Assembly: GCF_001194135.2 (NCBI RefSeq)
Contig: NC_068984.1
Coordinates: 49,035,118-49,099,117 of the forward strand
From: Octopus bimaculoides
Taxonomy: Eukaryota
DNA: 64,000 nucleotides
Direction of reading: 5' to 3'
The notes beneath the pieces are model-generated. The model was not told the DNA's origin and did no database searches. It saw only the letters and a list, made by a program, of their open reading frames with translations. The first letter of the stretch is position 1. Each line of letters starts with the position of its first letter. The translations under genes and the position numbers were made by a program. Positions 26,000 to 37,088 of the stretch are shown in pieces.

Positions 26000-27704
26000 A
26001 AAATGTGGGATGCACGAGTAATATTATCCTCGTGATAAAGAGAACTTCGGACTAGGGCCAATGAAGGAACTACATAGATCCAAGATCACTAGGACTGTGA
26101 AGGGTACCAGTCCACGCGCAACTATTGTTCTCTAACGTACGCGTGAATGCTTAGTGTTGTTCTGTCTACCTTGACCATTTCAGCCACAATCACTCACCAT
26201 TCATCAACTTCTCTGGAGGTGCTCACCTACTTATCAACCTTCTCTTTACTTTTCATGTGACACTTGAGGATGGTGGGTGTCTGAAAGTATCTTGTATTCC
26301 AGACACACAATATGGATATTTGCTTGAACCAGGACTACAGCGAGACCATGGAGTTGTACTGCCAAAGAACATATTTAGAGATATAGATCATACCTATTCA
26401 AAGTCCTACAACCAATATTTTAGTTGGTTGCAGCCCCATTGCATATCTGCTTATCAGCCGCCTGTTCATGACAAGAAAGTCTTCCGTAAAGCAGTGGTAT
26501 AGCTAGTAGATATATCCCTTCTACAGAGGAGTAGACGTTCTAGTCTCCTCAGACTAGTATAGAGGTAAATTACGACGGTTAAGCGGTAAATTATGACGGA
26601 GACAATGAAAGAACCCATCAAATTGACTTAACCTTTTAGGGACAGCTTCCTCTCAATCCGTATGTGGTGGGAAACAGAGTACGCTGCTTATAAACATCTA
26701 TTTTACTATTCACCGGAGATTCGAAAAGAACCAGCTCCGAAGCAGATTAACTGCGCCATCTTCTAATGACCTACGTCATATTTCAGTAGCATAGATTTTC
26801 CTTTCCATGTGCAAAGCTGCGGACACAGAAACCTGTCTGAATTTATCTTTGCTATTCAGATCGCTTTTAAATAGTTGGCACTGGCACTATTTCTTTAGAA
26901 TGATATCAAATACCGAAACAATCGTGGTGTTCGACATCATTACGTTCAATTCATCTGCATACAGACAGACCTCTCTTGTATCAAACGGTATGTCCTTTGA
27001 CAATTATAGCTTCCGCAGAAGACCTTGAGAGACAGCATGTATAAGATAAGCGAACACACCTGACAGTTCGAGCACAGAGATGTTGCAATTTTGCTTGGTC
27101 ATTGAGCAAGTGCCACTGTGTATTACTCTGAATCTAACTGCTGAAAACAGGTCTGGAACTGGCTGTGTTGTCACAACTGCCATATACCCATAATGTACCC
27201 TATCGAAAGCTTTTGGCTAATTCCAATTTGTTTTCCCACTCATTATGATTTACATCATTTCAGATAGGAACTGGCATTCGGGGATCGTTTGGGTTATTGG
27301 TGCTTTGTCGGCCCAAACTACCGACAACAAAAGCCAATCTTTTAATAAAACCGTGGCTAAAATCTTGAGCTCTGCATTCAGCAGGGTTATTGCCAGAAAT
27401 TATCTAAGTCATTCATTTGTTAATGTTCTCAGCCCTAGCTCACATGATTTGGAATTCTTCCGTTCTGTTGTCAGTTGCAATAGAGGTGTTCCAAGAAGTT
27501 ATCAAACACGTGTGAGGTATATATTCATAATATACATTGGACAGATCATTCAAACAGGATTAATTTTCCCTTATGCAGCTGCACACTACTTCCCGTGCCT
27601 CAATCGTTCTTACTGGCCTTAAAGCATTACCTTAATATTGTGACAATTTACCTTCAAGATAGGCAGTTAAAGTCCACCACTGTCTCCATCCTCTTTCTCT
27701 TTTT

Positions 27705-27736
<32 letters not shown>

Positions 27737-28490
27737 GCTCGCTCGCTACGAACATCCTAGTAAAGTGTTTTCCGAAAACCACACATATCTACTAGAAACC
27801 AATTACTTGTCCTCGTTCTGGTCCGTCATAGACGCCACCGCTACCCCAGCTCTGATGCTAATGCTTCGTGGTTCGTGTTAAAGAAATTATCTTACAGCCA
27901 ATGTAACATTGTCTACTGGATAGCCCACTGTGTTTGCTCCATGTCCATCCTTGCACATTCGACAATGTAGTTGGTACCAGTCGACATGCGTTTGAGGCTT
28001 TTGCATCTTATTCTCCTATGACTTGATGCCATACAAAACCATTGCACGTCTGATGTAAAATTCCAATCCCACCTTAGTAATAAATATCTAAATGTTCCTT
28101 AGAAAATTTCAAGTTGTCCGAAGAAATTCCGCTGCCCTTATCGATTAGAAGCATAGGCGTCCCAAATTCGCAGGGAAAGGACGAACTCCTCACTTCAGCG
28201 GATAGCCACCCAGTGCTGAATTGCCAAGTTCTCAGTCTTAAATAAGACATTGAACCCTCCGAACTACCTTATCTTAATATGTCCTGTCATATACAGTGTA
28301 GGGGCTTTTCAACTTGTAACGTTTCGAGACGCCTAGATTTGAGTTTGATGCAACTGTAGGTCATTATTTTTGTGGCAGTAGTAGGCAACATCTTAGAAAG
28401 AGGGAAGTGGGAAAGGTCTGCCTTCACCCCTCAATTTTTTTCTAAATCTAGCTGCATTCGACAATTTAGAGACTTTATTCACCAGGGAAA
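26000..28490 (-). mobile_element. Ancient Tx1/L1-like LINE ORF2 relic (RT), split by (CT)n at ~27705-27745
   Basis: Minus-strand motifs in the correct order: ITLLNAELKILA (27355-90), KAFDRV (27196-213), a degenerate QGCPLS-region LYML.L..LLRKL, YADE (26950-61), AKINS...TWKGKSM, RRLERLL. Many stops and frameshifts. Confidence 0.7.
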
Positions 28491-28560
28491 GAGCAAAGAG
28501 TTCTTTTGAGGCGGTGACACCTGCAAAAGACACAGTAATACAATTCTATATTTAAGACAT

Positions 28561-28724
28561 GAGGAATTATCAACATTATTTACATTATTTACAATTGACG
28601 CATATTTGTCCTCATCAAGTTTGTTTTTAACACAACGTTTCGGCTGATATACCCTCCAGCCTTCATCAGGTATCTTGAGGACATTTCGAACTTGGGTTCA
28701 CATTCCTAAGGTATTTTTCGATGT
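28561..28724 (-). mobile_element. Penelope-type hammerhead-bearing tail, left arm of the palindromic element
   Basis: Reverse complement CATCGAAAAATACCTTAGGAATG...GATACCTGATGAAGGCTGGAGGGTATATCAGCCGAAACGTTGTGTT..., which matches 30933-31016 on the plus strand at roughly 88-90%. Confidence 0.8.
28629..28674 (-). ncRNA. Minimal type I hammerhead ribozyme with intact core
   Basis: GATAC-CTGATGA-A-GGCTG(gagggtatat)CAGCC-GAAA-C GT T-GTGTT: stem I 5 bp (with G.U pairs), stem II 5 bp, palindromic ACGT stem III, GUU triplet. Confidence 0.7.
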
Positions 28725-28741
28725 TGTTGTTGTTATTATTA

Positions 28742-28779
<38 letters not shown>

Positions 28780-28993
28780 GTTCAGTAGTTTTATTTTTAT
28801 AACGTGCTTTCACTTCACTACCGAGCGCAGCTCTGTGCGCCTTGGGTATGTGCTGTGGTTTGCTGTGGTGCTTTTATGTTTACTGTATTGAAAGTGTTTT
28901 GCGTAGAATGTGTGCAGTACCCAGTAGTGCAATTTTCTGTATGTTACATATATTTGTAAGTCCTGGTATTTTTGTTATGTATTTGTCTGAGTA
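28780..28993 (-). mobile_element. R4/Dong-clade LINE 3' end (subfamily 1) abutting (TAA)n; continues into the gap
   Basis: Encodes ...TNIC/YNIQKIALLGTAHILRKTLSIQ* plus a 3' UTR ending AAAACTACTG-AAC/AAT repeats. About 94% identical to 30470-30687. Confidence 0.9.
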
Positions 28994-29861
28994 NNNNNNN
29001 NNNNNNNNNNNNNNNNNNNNNNNNNNNNNNNNNNNNNNNNNNNNNNNNNNNNNNNNNNNNNNNNNNNNNNNNNNNNNNNNNNNNNNNNNNNNNNNNNNNN
29101 NNNNNNNNNNNNNNNNNNNNNNNNNNNNNNNNNNNNNNNNNNNNNNNNNNNNNNNNNNNNNNNNNNNNNNNNNNNNNNNNNNNNNNNNNNNNNNNNNNNN
29201 NNNNNNNNNNNNNNNNNNNNNNNNNNNNNNNNNNNNNNNNNNNNNNNNNNNNNNNNNNNNNNNNNNNNNNNNNNNNNNNNNNNNNNNNNNNNNNNNNNNN
29301 NNNNNNNNNNNNNNNNNNNNNNNNNNNNNNNNNNNNNNNNNNNNNNNNNNNNNNNNNNNNNNNNNNNNNNNNNNNNNNNNNNNNNNNNNNNNNNNNNNNN
29401 NNNNNNNNNNNNNNNNNNNNNNNNNNNNNNNNNNNNNNNNNNNNNNNNNNNNNNNNNNNNNNNNNNNNNNNNNNNNNNNNNNNNNNNNNNNNNNNNNNNN
29501 NNNNNNNNNNNNNNNNNNNNNNNNNNNNNNNNNNNNNNNNNNNNNNNNNNNNNNNNNNNNNNNNNNNNNNNNNNNNNNNNNNNNNNNNNNNNNNNNNNNN
29601 NNNNNNNNNNNNNNNNNNNNNNNNNNNNNNNNNNNNNNNNNNNNNNNNNNNNNNNNNNNNNNNNNNNNNNNNNNNNNNNNNNNNNNNNNNNNNNNNNNNN
29701 NNNNNNNNNNNNNNNNNNNNNNNNNNNNNNNNNNNNNNNNNNNNNNNNNNNNNNNNNNNNNNNNNNNNNNNNNNNNNNNNNNNNNNNNNNNNNNNNNNNN
29801 NNNNNNNNNNNNNNNNNNNNNNNNNNNNNNNNNNNNNNNNNNNNNNNNNNNNNNNNNNNNN

Positions 29862-29949
<88 letters not shown>

Positions 29950-29953
<4 letters not shown>

Positions 29954-30026
29954 TCACTGCCTGGAATCGAACTCGAAATCTTCGGGTTAGTAGCCCGAGC
30001 TCTTGACCACTACGCTATATGCCCAC
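29950..30026 (-). mobile_element. tRNA-like Pol III head, left arm, followed by (AAT)n
   Basis: GGGCATATAGCGTAGTGGTCAAGAGCTCGGGCTACTAACCCGAAGATTTCGAGTTCGATTCCAGGCAGTGACCTG-AATAAT: A and B boxes present, no acceptor stem. Confidence 0.85.
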
Positions 30027-30040
30027 TACGCCATAAGCCC

Positions 30041-30113
30041 GTGGGCATATGGCGTAGTGGTTAAGAGCGCGAGCTATTAACCCCAATATTCCGAGTTCGA
30101 TTCCAGACACGAC
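30041..30113 (+). mobile_element. tRNA-like Pol III head, right arm
   Basis: A box TGGCGTAGTGG (30050-60) and B box GTTCGATTCC (30095-104). It is an inverted copy of 29950-30026. Confidence 0.85.
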
Positions 30114-30683
30114 AAAGCTGGGACCTATATACACTGGAAGTTATGCCAACACTATGGAATAACAACAGAAAAAAGATGGTATAAACACACGCCAGAAAAG
30201 GTCACAGAAAACGAGAAAGCAACCATACTCTGGGATATGCCAATACACACAGATAGAGAAATTAAGGCCAATAGACCAGGTATACTTGTCAAAGATCATG
30301 AAGGAAAAAAATGCTTTCTAATTGATGTATCAATCCCAGCAGATGACATCGTTTCCCTAAAAGAAATGGTGAAACTTTCAATATACAAAGACCTGGAAAA
30401 ACAGATAACTCGAATGTGGAATCTAAAAACAGAAACAATTCCTATTATAGTAGGTTCCTTAGGTATAATAAAAAATATTCAGACAAATACATAACAAAAA
30501 CACCAGGACTTACAAATATATATAACATACAGAAAATTGCACTACTGGGCACTGCACACATCCTACGCAAAGCACTTTCAATACAGTAACCATAAGAGCA
30601 TCACAGCAAACCAAAGCACATACCCAAGGCACACAGAGCTGCACTCGGTAGTGAAGTGAAACCACGTTATAAAAATAAAACTA

Positions 30684-30687
<4 letters not shown>
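30114..30687 (+). mobile_element. R4/Dong-clade LINE 3' fragment (restriction-like endonuclease domain plus 3' UTR), subfamily 1
   Basis: YIHWKLCQHY...KWYKHTPEKVTENEKATILWDMPIHTDREIKANRPGILVKD...CFLIDVSIPAD...IPIIVGSLG...LLGTAHILRK, with one frameshift, ending in (AAT)n. Confidence 0.9.
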
Positions 30688-30736
<49 letters not shown>

Positions 30737-30932
30737 TAATAATAAAACAACATCCATTCATGAATTTATTTATTTATTAATTTTTCTTAATACATATTTT
30801 ACCTGTGAATTTGCTTGTGTAATCTGGAAATGCATACAATGAGCTTCTCTGCCCTAGGTGTACTGAAAACACTCGGCGAGAAATGGAAGAAAATTTGAAG
30901 AAAGAAGAAAAAAAAAATAATGATAACAACAA

Positions 30933-31016
30933 CATCGAAAAATACCTTAGGAATGAGAACCCAGGTTCGAGATTTTCCCAAGACACCTGATGAAGGTTGG
31001 AGGATATAGCAGCCGA
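30933..31016 (+). mobile_element. Penelope-type hammerhead tail, right arm, truncated inside the ribozyme
   Basis: GACAC-CTGATGA(30987-93)-AGGTTG...CAGCC-GA, then a switch to R4 RT sequence. Confidence 0.8.
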
Positions 31017-32667
31017 TATCGAATTTGGGATAGAAAAGTGCGCTATATTGAAAATGAAACGAAGAAAATTTGAAAAAGCCAGGGTATTAAAATGCCAAAT
31101 GGGCAAGCAATGAGAGAGGTTAAGAAGGGACAGTGGTGTAAGTACATGGGAGTAAGCGAAGCAGACCAGATAAAAAACGACGAAATGAAACAAATTACCA
31201 GTACACAAAGAGACTATGAAAATTATTGCTGTCAAAGCTGAATTCCAAAAATCCCGTTGAAACAATAAATTTAAGAGCAGTACCCTTACCAGATATGGAG
31301 TTGGAATTATAGACTGGACCAAAGAAACTAGTCTGGAAATCTAGAAAGTTCTTGACGATGTATGAAGCCCACCATCCGAAAGCTCATGTCCGTTTGATTC
31401 CAGGATCGTAAAGTAAGAGGAGGAAAAGCAAAGAAAATACAAGCCTTTATAATTTGAAATAGGAAGAATTTGGAGTATGCGAACAGTAAAAATCGTGCCT
31501 ATAATTGGTGCGTTGAGAACAGGAAGCCAAGATATGGACAACTTACTGAAGGAGACTGAAATAGAATGCCCGTTAGAGCTCTTAGAGAAAGCTTGTCTCT
31601 TAGGGACAGCAAGGATTATCAGAGGTGCTCTAACCACTTGAAAGACCAGGGTAGAAGAGGCTTAATAGCAGTAGCAGAATATGTAAGAAAAAATGGAAAG
31701 AAAATATCTAGTAGAGTAATTACAGAGCAGCACAGAAAAACTACTACACACGGTTAATAAAGAATAGGTTCTGACACGCGTGATAGGAGAAAAGAACAAC
31801 AATGAGATACAATTAGAGCACGTCAGACAGATCGAAGAGAAACCTCTGCATGGCCAATTTTGAAGAGCCACTAAAGACTTGGAAAAAAATCTTGGGCTTG
31901 GTTAAAAAGGGGGCAATTAAAAAAGAAACAGAGAGTGGGTGCCTAATTGTAGCAGGCTAAGATCAAGCAATAAAAACAAATAACTTGAGAAAAAATATAT
32001 ATGGAGAGAATGAGTCAGAAAAATGTAAAGCCTGTGGAACTTGGAACGAGACAGTGGCATACATTGTTGAAGAATACCCCCAGGTTGGCACAGAATAGAA
32101 TTAATGGAGGCACGGCCATGTTGTAAAAGTTTTACCCTGGAAACTGTGTCAGAAATGGAGATTTGAAGCTGGAAACCCATGGTACAATCATCGAGTCGAA
32201 AGAGTACAGGAGTCGGAGAAATGTAAGATTTTGTGGGACATTACCATTTCAAAGAGACAAGAAGTGGGAAAATAATAGACCAGATATTACAGTCATAAAT
32301 AAGGAAAAGTGAAGTAGCTTACTTATTGACCCATCATGTCCGTTTGATTCCAGGATCGTAAAGTAAGAGGAGGAAAAGCAAAGAAAATACAAGCCTTTAT
32401 AATTTGAAATAGGAAGAATTTGGAGTATGCGAACAGTAAAGATCGTGCCTATAATTGGTGCGTTGAGAACAGGAAGCCAAGATATGGACAACTTACTGAA
32501 GGAGACTGAAATAGAATGCCCGTTAGAGCTCTTAGAGAAAGCTTGTCTCTTAGGGACAGCAAGGATTATCAGAGGTGCTCTAACCACTTGAAAGACCGCC
32601 GAAAACTTGTAGATATCTAAGGTTACATGTTGTAACACGCTATCCACATAAATCCTACCAAACCAAA
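31017..32667 (+). mobile_element. Degenerate R4/Dong-clade LINE (subfamily 2): RT C-terminus to RLE and 3' UTR
   Basis: EFGIEKCAIL, CKYMGV, LTMYEAHHPKAH..LKDQGRRGLI, KILWDI..RPDITV..LLIDPSCPFD, VPIIIGAL, CLLGTARIIRGAL*. Many stops; ends in (AAT)/(GAT)n. Confidence 0.85.
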
Positions 32668-32686
32668 AATAATAATTATAATATTA

Positions 32687-32742
<56 letters not shown>

Positions 32743-32769
32743 AATAATAATAGTAATAATAATAATAAT

Positions 32770-33115
32770 GTTTTGGCAACGTGGACAGCAATTTTAAGGG
32801 AAATTAGAGACTGGTACATTATTTCATCGATTCCGGATGGATGAACGGAAAAGTTCACTACAGCAAAAGTTTAACCTACATTCTAAAGTACTGGTACAAA
32901 TACCGCAAGACAGTTTGTCAGGAGCTCTAATACTTCTTGCTATAAATAATTCTTTTTATATAGGAACAAATTGTGAAATTTGATGTTGTGGAAGAATCAG
33001 TACCACATGACTTGTACTTGATTTTATCGACCTTGTAAGGGTGAATGATAACGTGAACATCGGAGTGATTCGAAACCAATACGTAAAGTAGCGAATGAAT
33101 TACTGCAGGCCATTT
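32770..33115 (-). mobile_element. Two old tandem copies of SINE family A
   Basis: Degenerate CTGGTAC.T.ATTT.ATCGA...GATGAA.GG.AAAGT motif at ~32810-32860 and ~33012-33060. Confidence 0.5.
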
Positions 33116-36100
33116 ATTTATTTATTCATTTATTTTGGCAGTAACAACAACAGTAACAACTACAACAGCAACAATAACAACAACAATGATAATAATAATA
33201 TCACTATCATTACCACCACCACAATCAACATCATGACTGTCTTCCTTATCACAAACTCCAACTCCAGCATCACACTATCATTGCCATCGCATTATTTTCT
33301 CTGTATCTCTTCATCTTCAGCTCAATTGTTTATTTTTATCATTAATCATTTTGTCTTCTCCTTACATCCCCTTCACCCTCACCTCATTATATTCTTCACT
33401 CTCATTTGTCTCTAAATCAGATTACCAAACATATCATTTGTCACTGTTCTTTGTAATATCTTGCCATCTGCGTCACAGTGTTCCATTCTTGGCTGAAACA
33501 TTTCACCACTGGTTCAATATAACTTTTATTTCTGGGAATGATTGCTATCACCAACATGACATGCGCAAGACACATAGACACACATACTCACATATACACT
33601 CATATACTCACAGATACAAAGGAAAAGGCCCTTAGGTGTTGAGTCAAATGTGAGATGAAGTATTGAGAAATATCTTTCATTTGATATTTTTCTGCAAAAC
33701 CTTCATAGTTATTTGAAAAATACAGAAGGCAATTTTGATGAAGTTTCGCAATCAACTGTCGAACAGGAAAATGAACTATTAAAGGGTGTTTTCTTTAATG
33801 TTATGCAACCAACTCTTTTATAGGACTTCTGAAAATATTAATGGATATATACTGGACTTCATAATACGACTGAGCGATATTTATAATGGAATGAATATAT
33901 AAGTTATATAAGTTGCATCAAGATTTCTAACATTAGTACTTATAAGATCAAACATTGTAGAGTAGGATACATTTCAATGTATAACTGACTCGACTCTGAT
34001 AATTGGCTGGTACATTATTTCCTCAATCCCCCGAAGCATTGAGTGTAGACTCTTAACAGAAGTTGAATTGAAAACGACAAAAGACGAAACATAAATACTG
34101 CATATCATTTTGTTCGCTTATTTAGGGATTACAACATCGAACACACGTCATATAATAATAGTAGGAAGGTAATTAACGTTCTAAATTGTAATATTTCAGT
34201 TATATTAAGAAATATTTTTGAAATATATGAGACGTCATGTTGCTGAAATTCTGGTCAGATGGTTTGAAGTTGTGTTTTATGCTCTCAAGAGAAATGATGC
34301 TATGTGAATTTTCGTTGTTGCAAATGATAACAGCTGATTCATCCGACTTGCAGAAAATAAGTCCCTTCATCTATTTTCTTGACGAAAGAAAACATATTTT
34401 TGGCAATTTTATCTTACATACGCCTGTAACAGTAGGATAGACATAGCAAAACAGCCTCTAATCATAAGTTACCTGAGTCAGGGTTGATCTGGAAATGAAG
34501 CACAAAAATAACACCATGTGTTGATACTGTTAAAATTACCTGATTCTATATAACCTGTAACTTTCAAAATGCACGTAGTAGTTCAGTTAATGCATATTAA
34601 TATATTGATGTAAGCAAAGTAACTAGAAATCTAAATTGCTCTTTTAAGTTTTCATAGTAAAGTTTACAATCCTGGCATTCACAGAGTTTAGAATACACAG
34701 CAATCAAATATTTTTTACTATCGCCACACTAACTTCTATCTACAGATACTTATACTGAATGTAAGGAGCATTTATCCGACCGATCGTTTCACCATAAATA
34801 GAAGAGAAATCACTGTCTATTCCGATTAAATCACTTTAGGGATGGAAGAATATGCTGGATTAAATACGTTAATTACTGACGTAGTAAGCAAACGCAAAAT
34901 TTTAGTCATCACTGTGTAAATAAATTAATGAAATAATTAACTTCATCAGATACACGAGACATTAGTAGACGTCTATCATATACAACCGTGTTAAGCAGAA
35001 TGAAAGGGAAATGCCTGGAGAGTGATGGTTCTGGTCTACTATTCTTCATCAGGGATCGAGTTCTGTACGTTTTAGAGCAATTGCAAAATTTATGTAAAGC
35101 TACCATTATTTCGCTTATAACTAAATCAGGTAGACTTTCGACTTTTACTTCTGATGCGCCAATAGTACTTAGTCTACATTCTAAAGGCTGCTATAGAGGA
35201 GTATACCCAAAGATTTTAGCACTCTAATACTGCATTCGTAAAATAATTATATTCGTTATGTTTTCTATGCAGCCTTATCGTGGAGAAAAAATCTACATAA
35301 TTTAGCATTTGAATTCTTTAAATAGTGTAAGAATAAAAAGGACAATATGAAAAAACGGTGAAATATCGAAAGACAAATACGCAAGGAAACTGCATCAACA
35401 TTTCGTCATACATAGCCAACGCCAAGCATTTTGGTGACATCAACTTGTGGCCACATGACTGCTTCAGCAAGAAATCGTTGCACTATGCTAAAATAAAGTT
35501 TTCAAAACACAGTGAGCGAAATTATTATCTCAAAGGAAGTTATCGTTAATAGTATGTACAAACAGGTCGCTCGGAGAAGAAACATGCCATTTTCATAGTA
35601 ATTCTGGACACTGTAAATTGAAGGTATCACAAAATTTAGCTGACATTGGCCAGTGGTCCAATTGATCAAATGATAAACTGAGAGATCTTGATCTTTGTTC
35701 TTGTGTATTAGTCTACTCTGAACTTGTTGAATGATGGAAATGAGATAACTTCGAAATGTCGTCACTAAAGATAGTTCATTTTACGGAAATGTATTCATTC
35801 TTCACACTGAATATATTGCAAATTTAGAAGTGGAATTTCTTTGAAATTACGCGATCTTTTTTATGAATTTATTGATTTAGTGTTTTCCTTCCTCACCCTT
35901 ATTTTGTGACAAAATTCTCTTTTGAAGTGTTGTGCAAATTATTTCGAAAGAAAAAATGAAAACTATTATTAAACCAAGTTCTCTTTTCTCGAATTTGTCG
36001 ATTTAATCTTGTTCACCTTTATTTCAAGTCAATAAATAAATGAAATAAAGCAAAAAGATGTCCTACATTCAATAAATATCTCCTACCTCATGTTTTCTGT

Positions 36101-36659
36101 TATTTCTTTATATTACAATAAATTTCTCAAGTTTCTCTTCCTTCGCCTCAACCCTCTCATATATGTTTAGCTCTTACGCACCTCAACCATTCTGCTTTTT
36201 ACTCTCTCTCTTCGACAAACAACTTTCATAATCCCAAACCTCATACTTCCTTGCTAAACTTCACACTCATCACTCATAAATATGCGCTCTCTCTATTGGG
36301 CTATAATACTTTATCATATTTATTATTATCGTAGTTCAGAGCATGCCAACACCTTATTTCTTTGTCCATCTTTGTCTAATACTTGTTAATTTTTTCTTTT
36401 ACTTTTTTCCCCACCGACATAATTCTTTTTATATTATTATTATTTTCCTTACCTATCATCTGATACTAATTCCGCTGTACAAATATTTCTCTTGTTCCAT
36501 TTCAGGATTTTATATGTATTTTTATCAAAAGATATCACATATGTACGATATAGTATATTATTCCAAATATGCTTGAATCGAACGTTTTAGCAGGAAACTT
36601 GCCAAAGTACTCCATAAAATTAGACTAACTATTCAAAAACAGTTAATAGAGTGAGTATT

Positions 36660-36872
36660 CTCTTATTTCTCTCAGTCATTTGACTGCGACCATATTAGAG
36701 AACCACCTTTAATTGAACAAATCGCCCCCAGGACTTATTCTTTGTAAGCCTAATACTTATTATATCGGTCTCTTTTGCCGAACTTGCTAAGTTACGGTGA
36801 CGTAAGCACACCAACATCGGTTGTCAAGCGATGGTGGTGGGACAAACATGCACACACACACACACACACACG

Positions 36873-36927
<55 letters not shown>

Positions 36928-37088
36928 CGAGCTTCTTTCAGTTTCCGTTTACCAAGTACACTCACAAGGCTTTGGTCGGCCCGAGGCTATAGTAGAAGAC
37001 ACTTAGCCAAAGTGCTATGCAGTGAGACTGAACCCGGAACCATGTGGTTGGTAAGCAAGCTACTTACCACACAGCGATACCTGCACCT
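36660..37088 (-). mobile_element. Full-length SINE family B with an internal (TA)n/(TG)n microsatellite
   Basis: Head GGTGCAGGTATCGCTGTGTGGTAAGTAGC...GGGTTCAGTCTCAC (37088-36925), microsatellite 36848-36924, then body GACAACCGATGTTGGTG...ATAAGT...CTGGGG.CGATTTG...CAGTCAAATGACTGAG. Confidence 0.85.

Noticed and set aside
26040-26480. APE endonuclease N-terminus (NIHIVC..QDT)
   Set aside because: The region is better explained as the colinear continuation of the Tx1-like ORF2 (RRLERLL, RYAMGL) immediately upstream on the same strand.
29950-30113. Two tRNA genes
   Set aside because: A and B boxes are present, but acceptor and T stems do not pair and they run into repeat or LINE sequence. They are SINE-type heads.
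33660-33835. Protein-like 57-codon frame (FLQNLHSYLKNTEGNFDEVSQ...)
   Set aside because: No convincing splice sites or recognisable motif; compatible with chance in AT-rich DNA.
34940-35060. Two CTGATGAAG motifs on the minus strand as hammerheads
   Set aside because: No stem II followed by GAAA, and no stem I partner.
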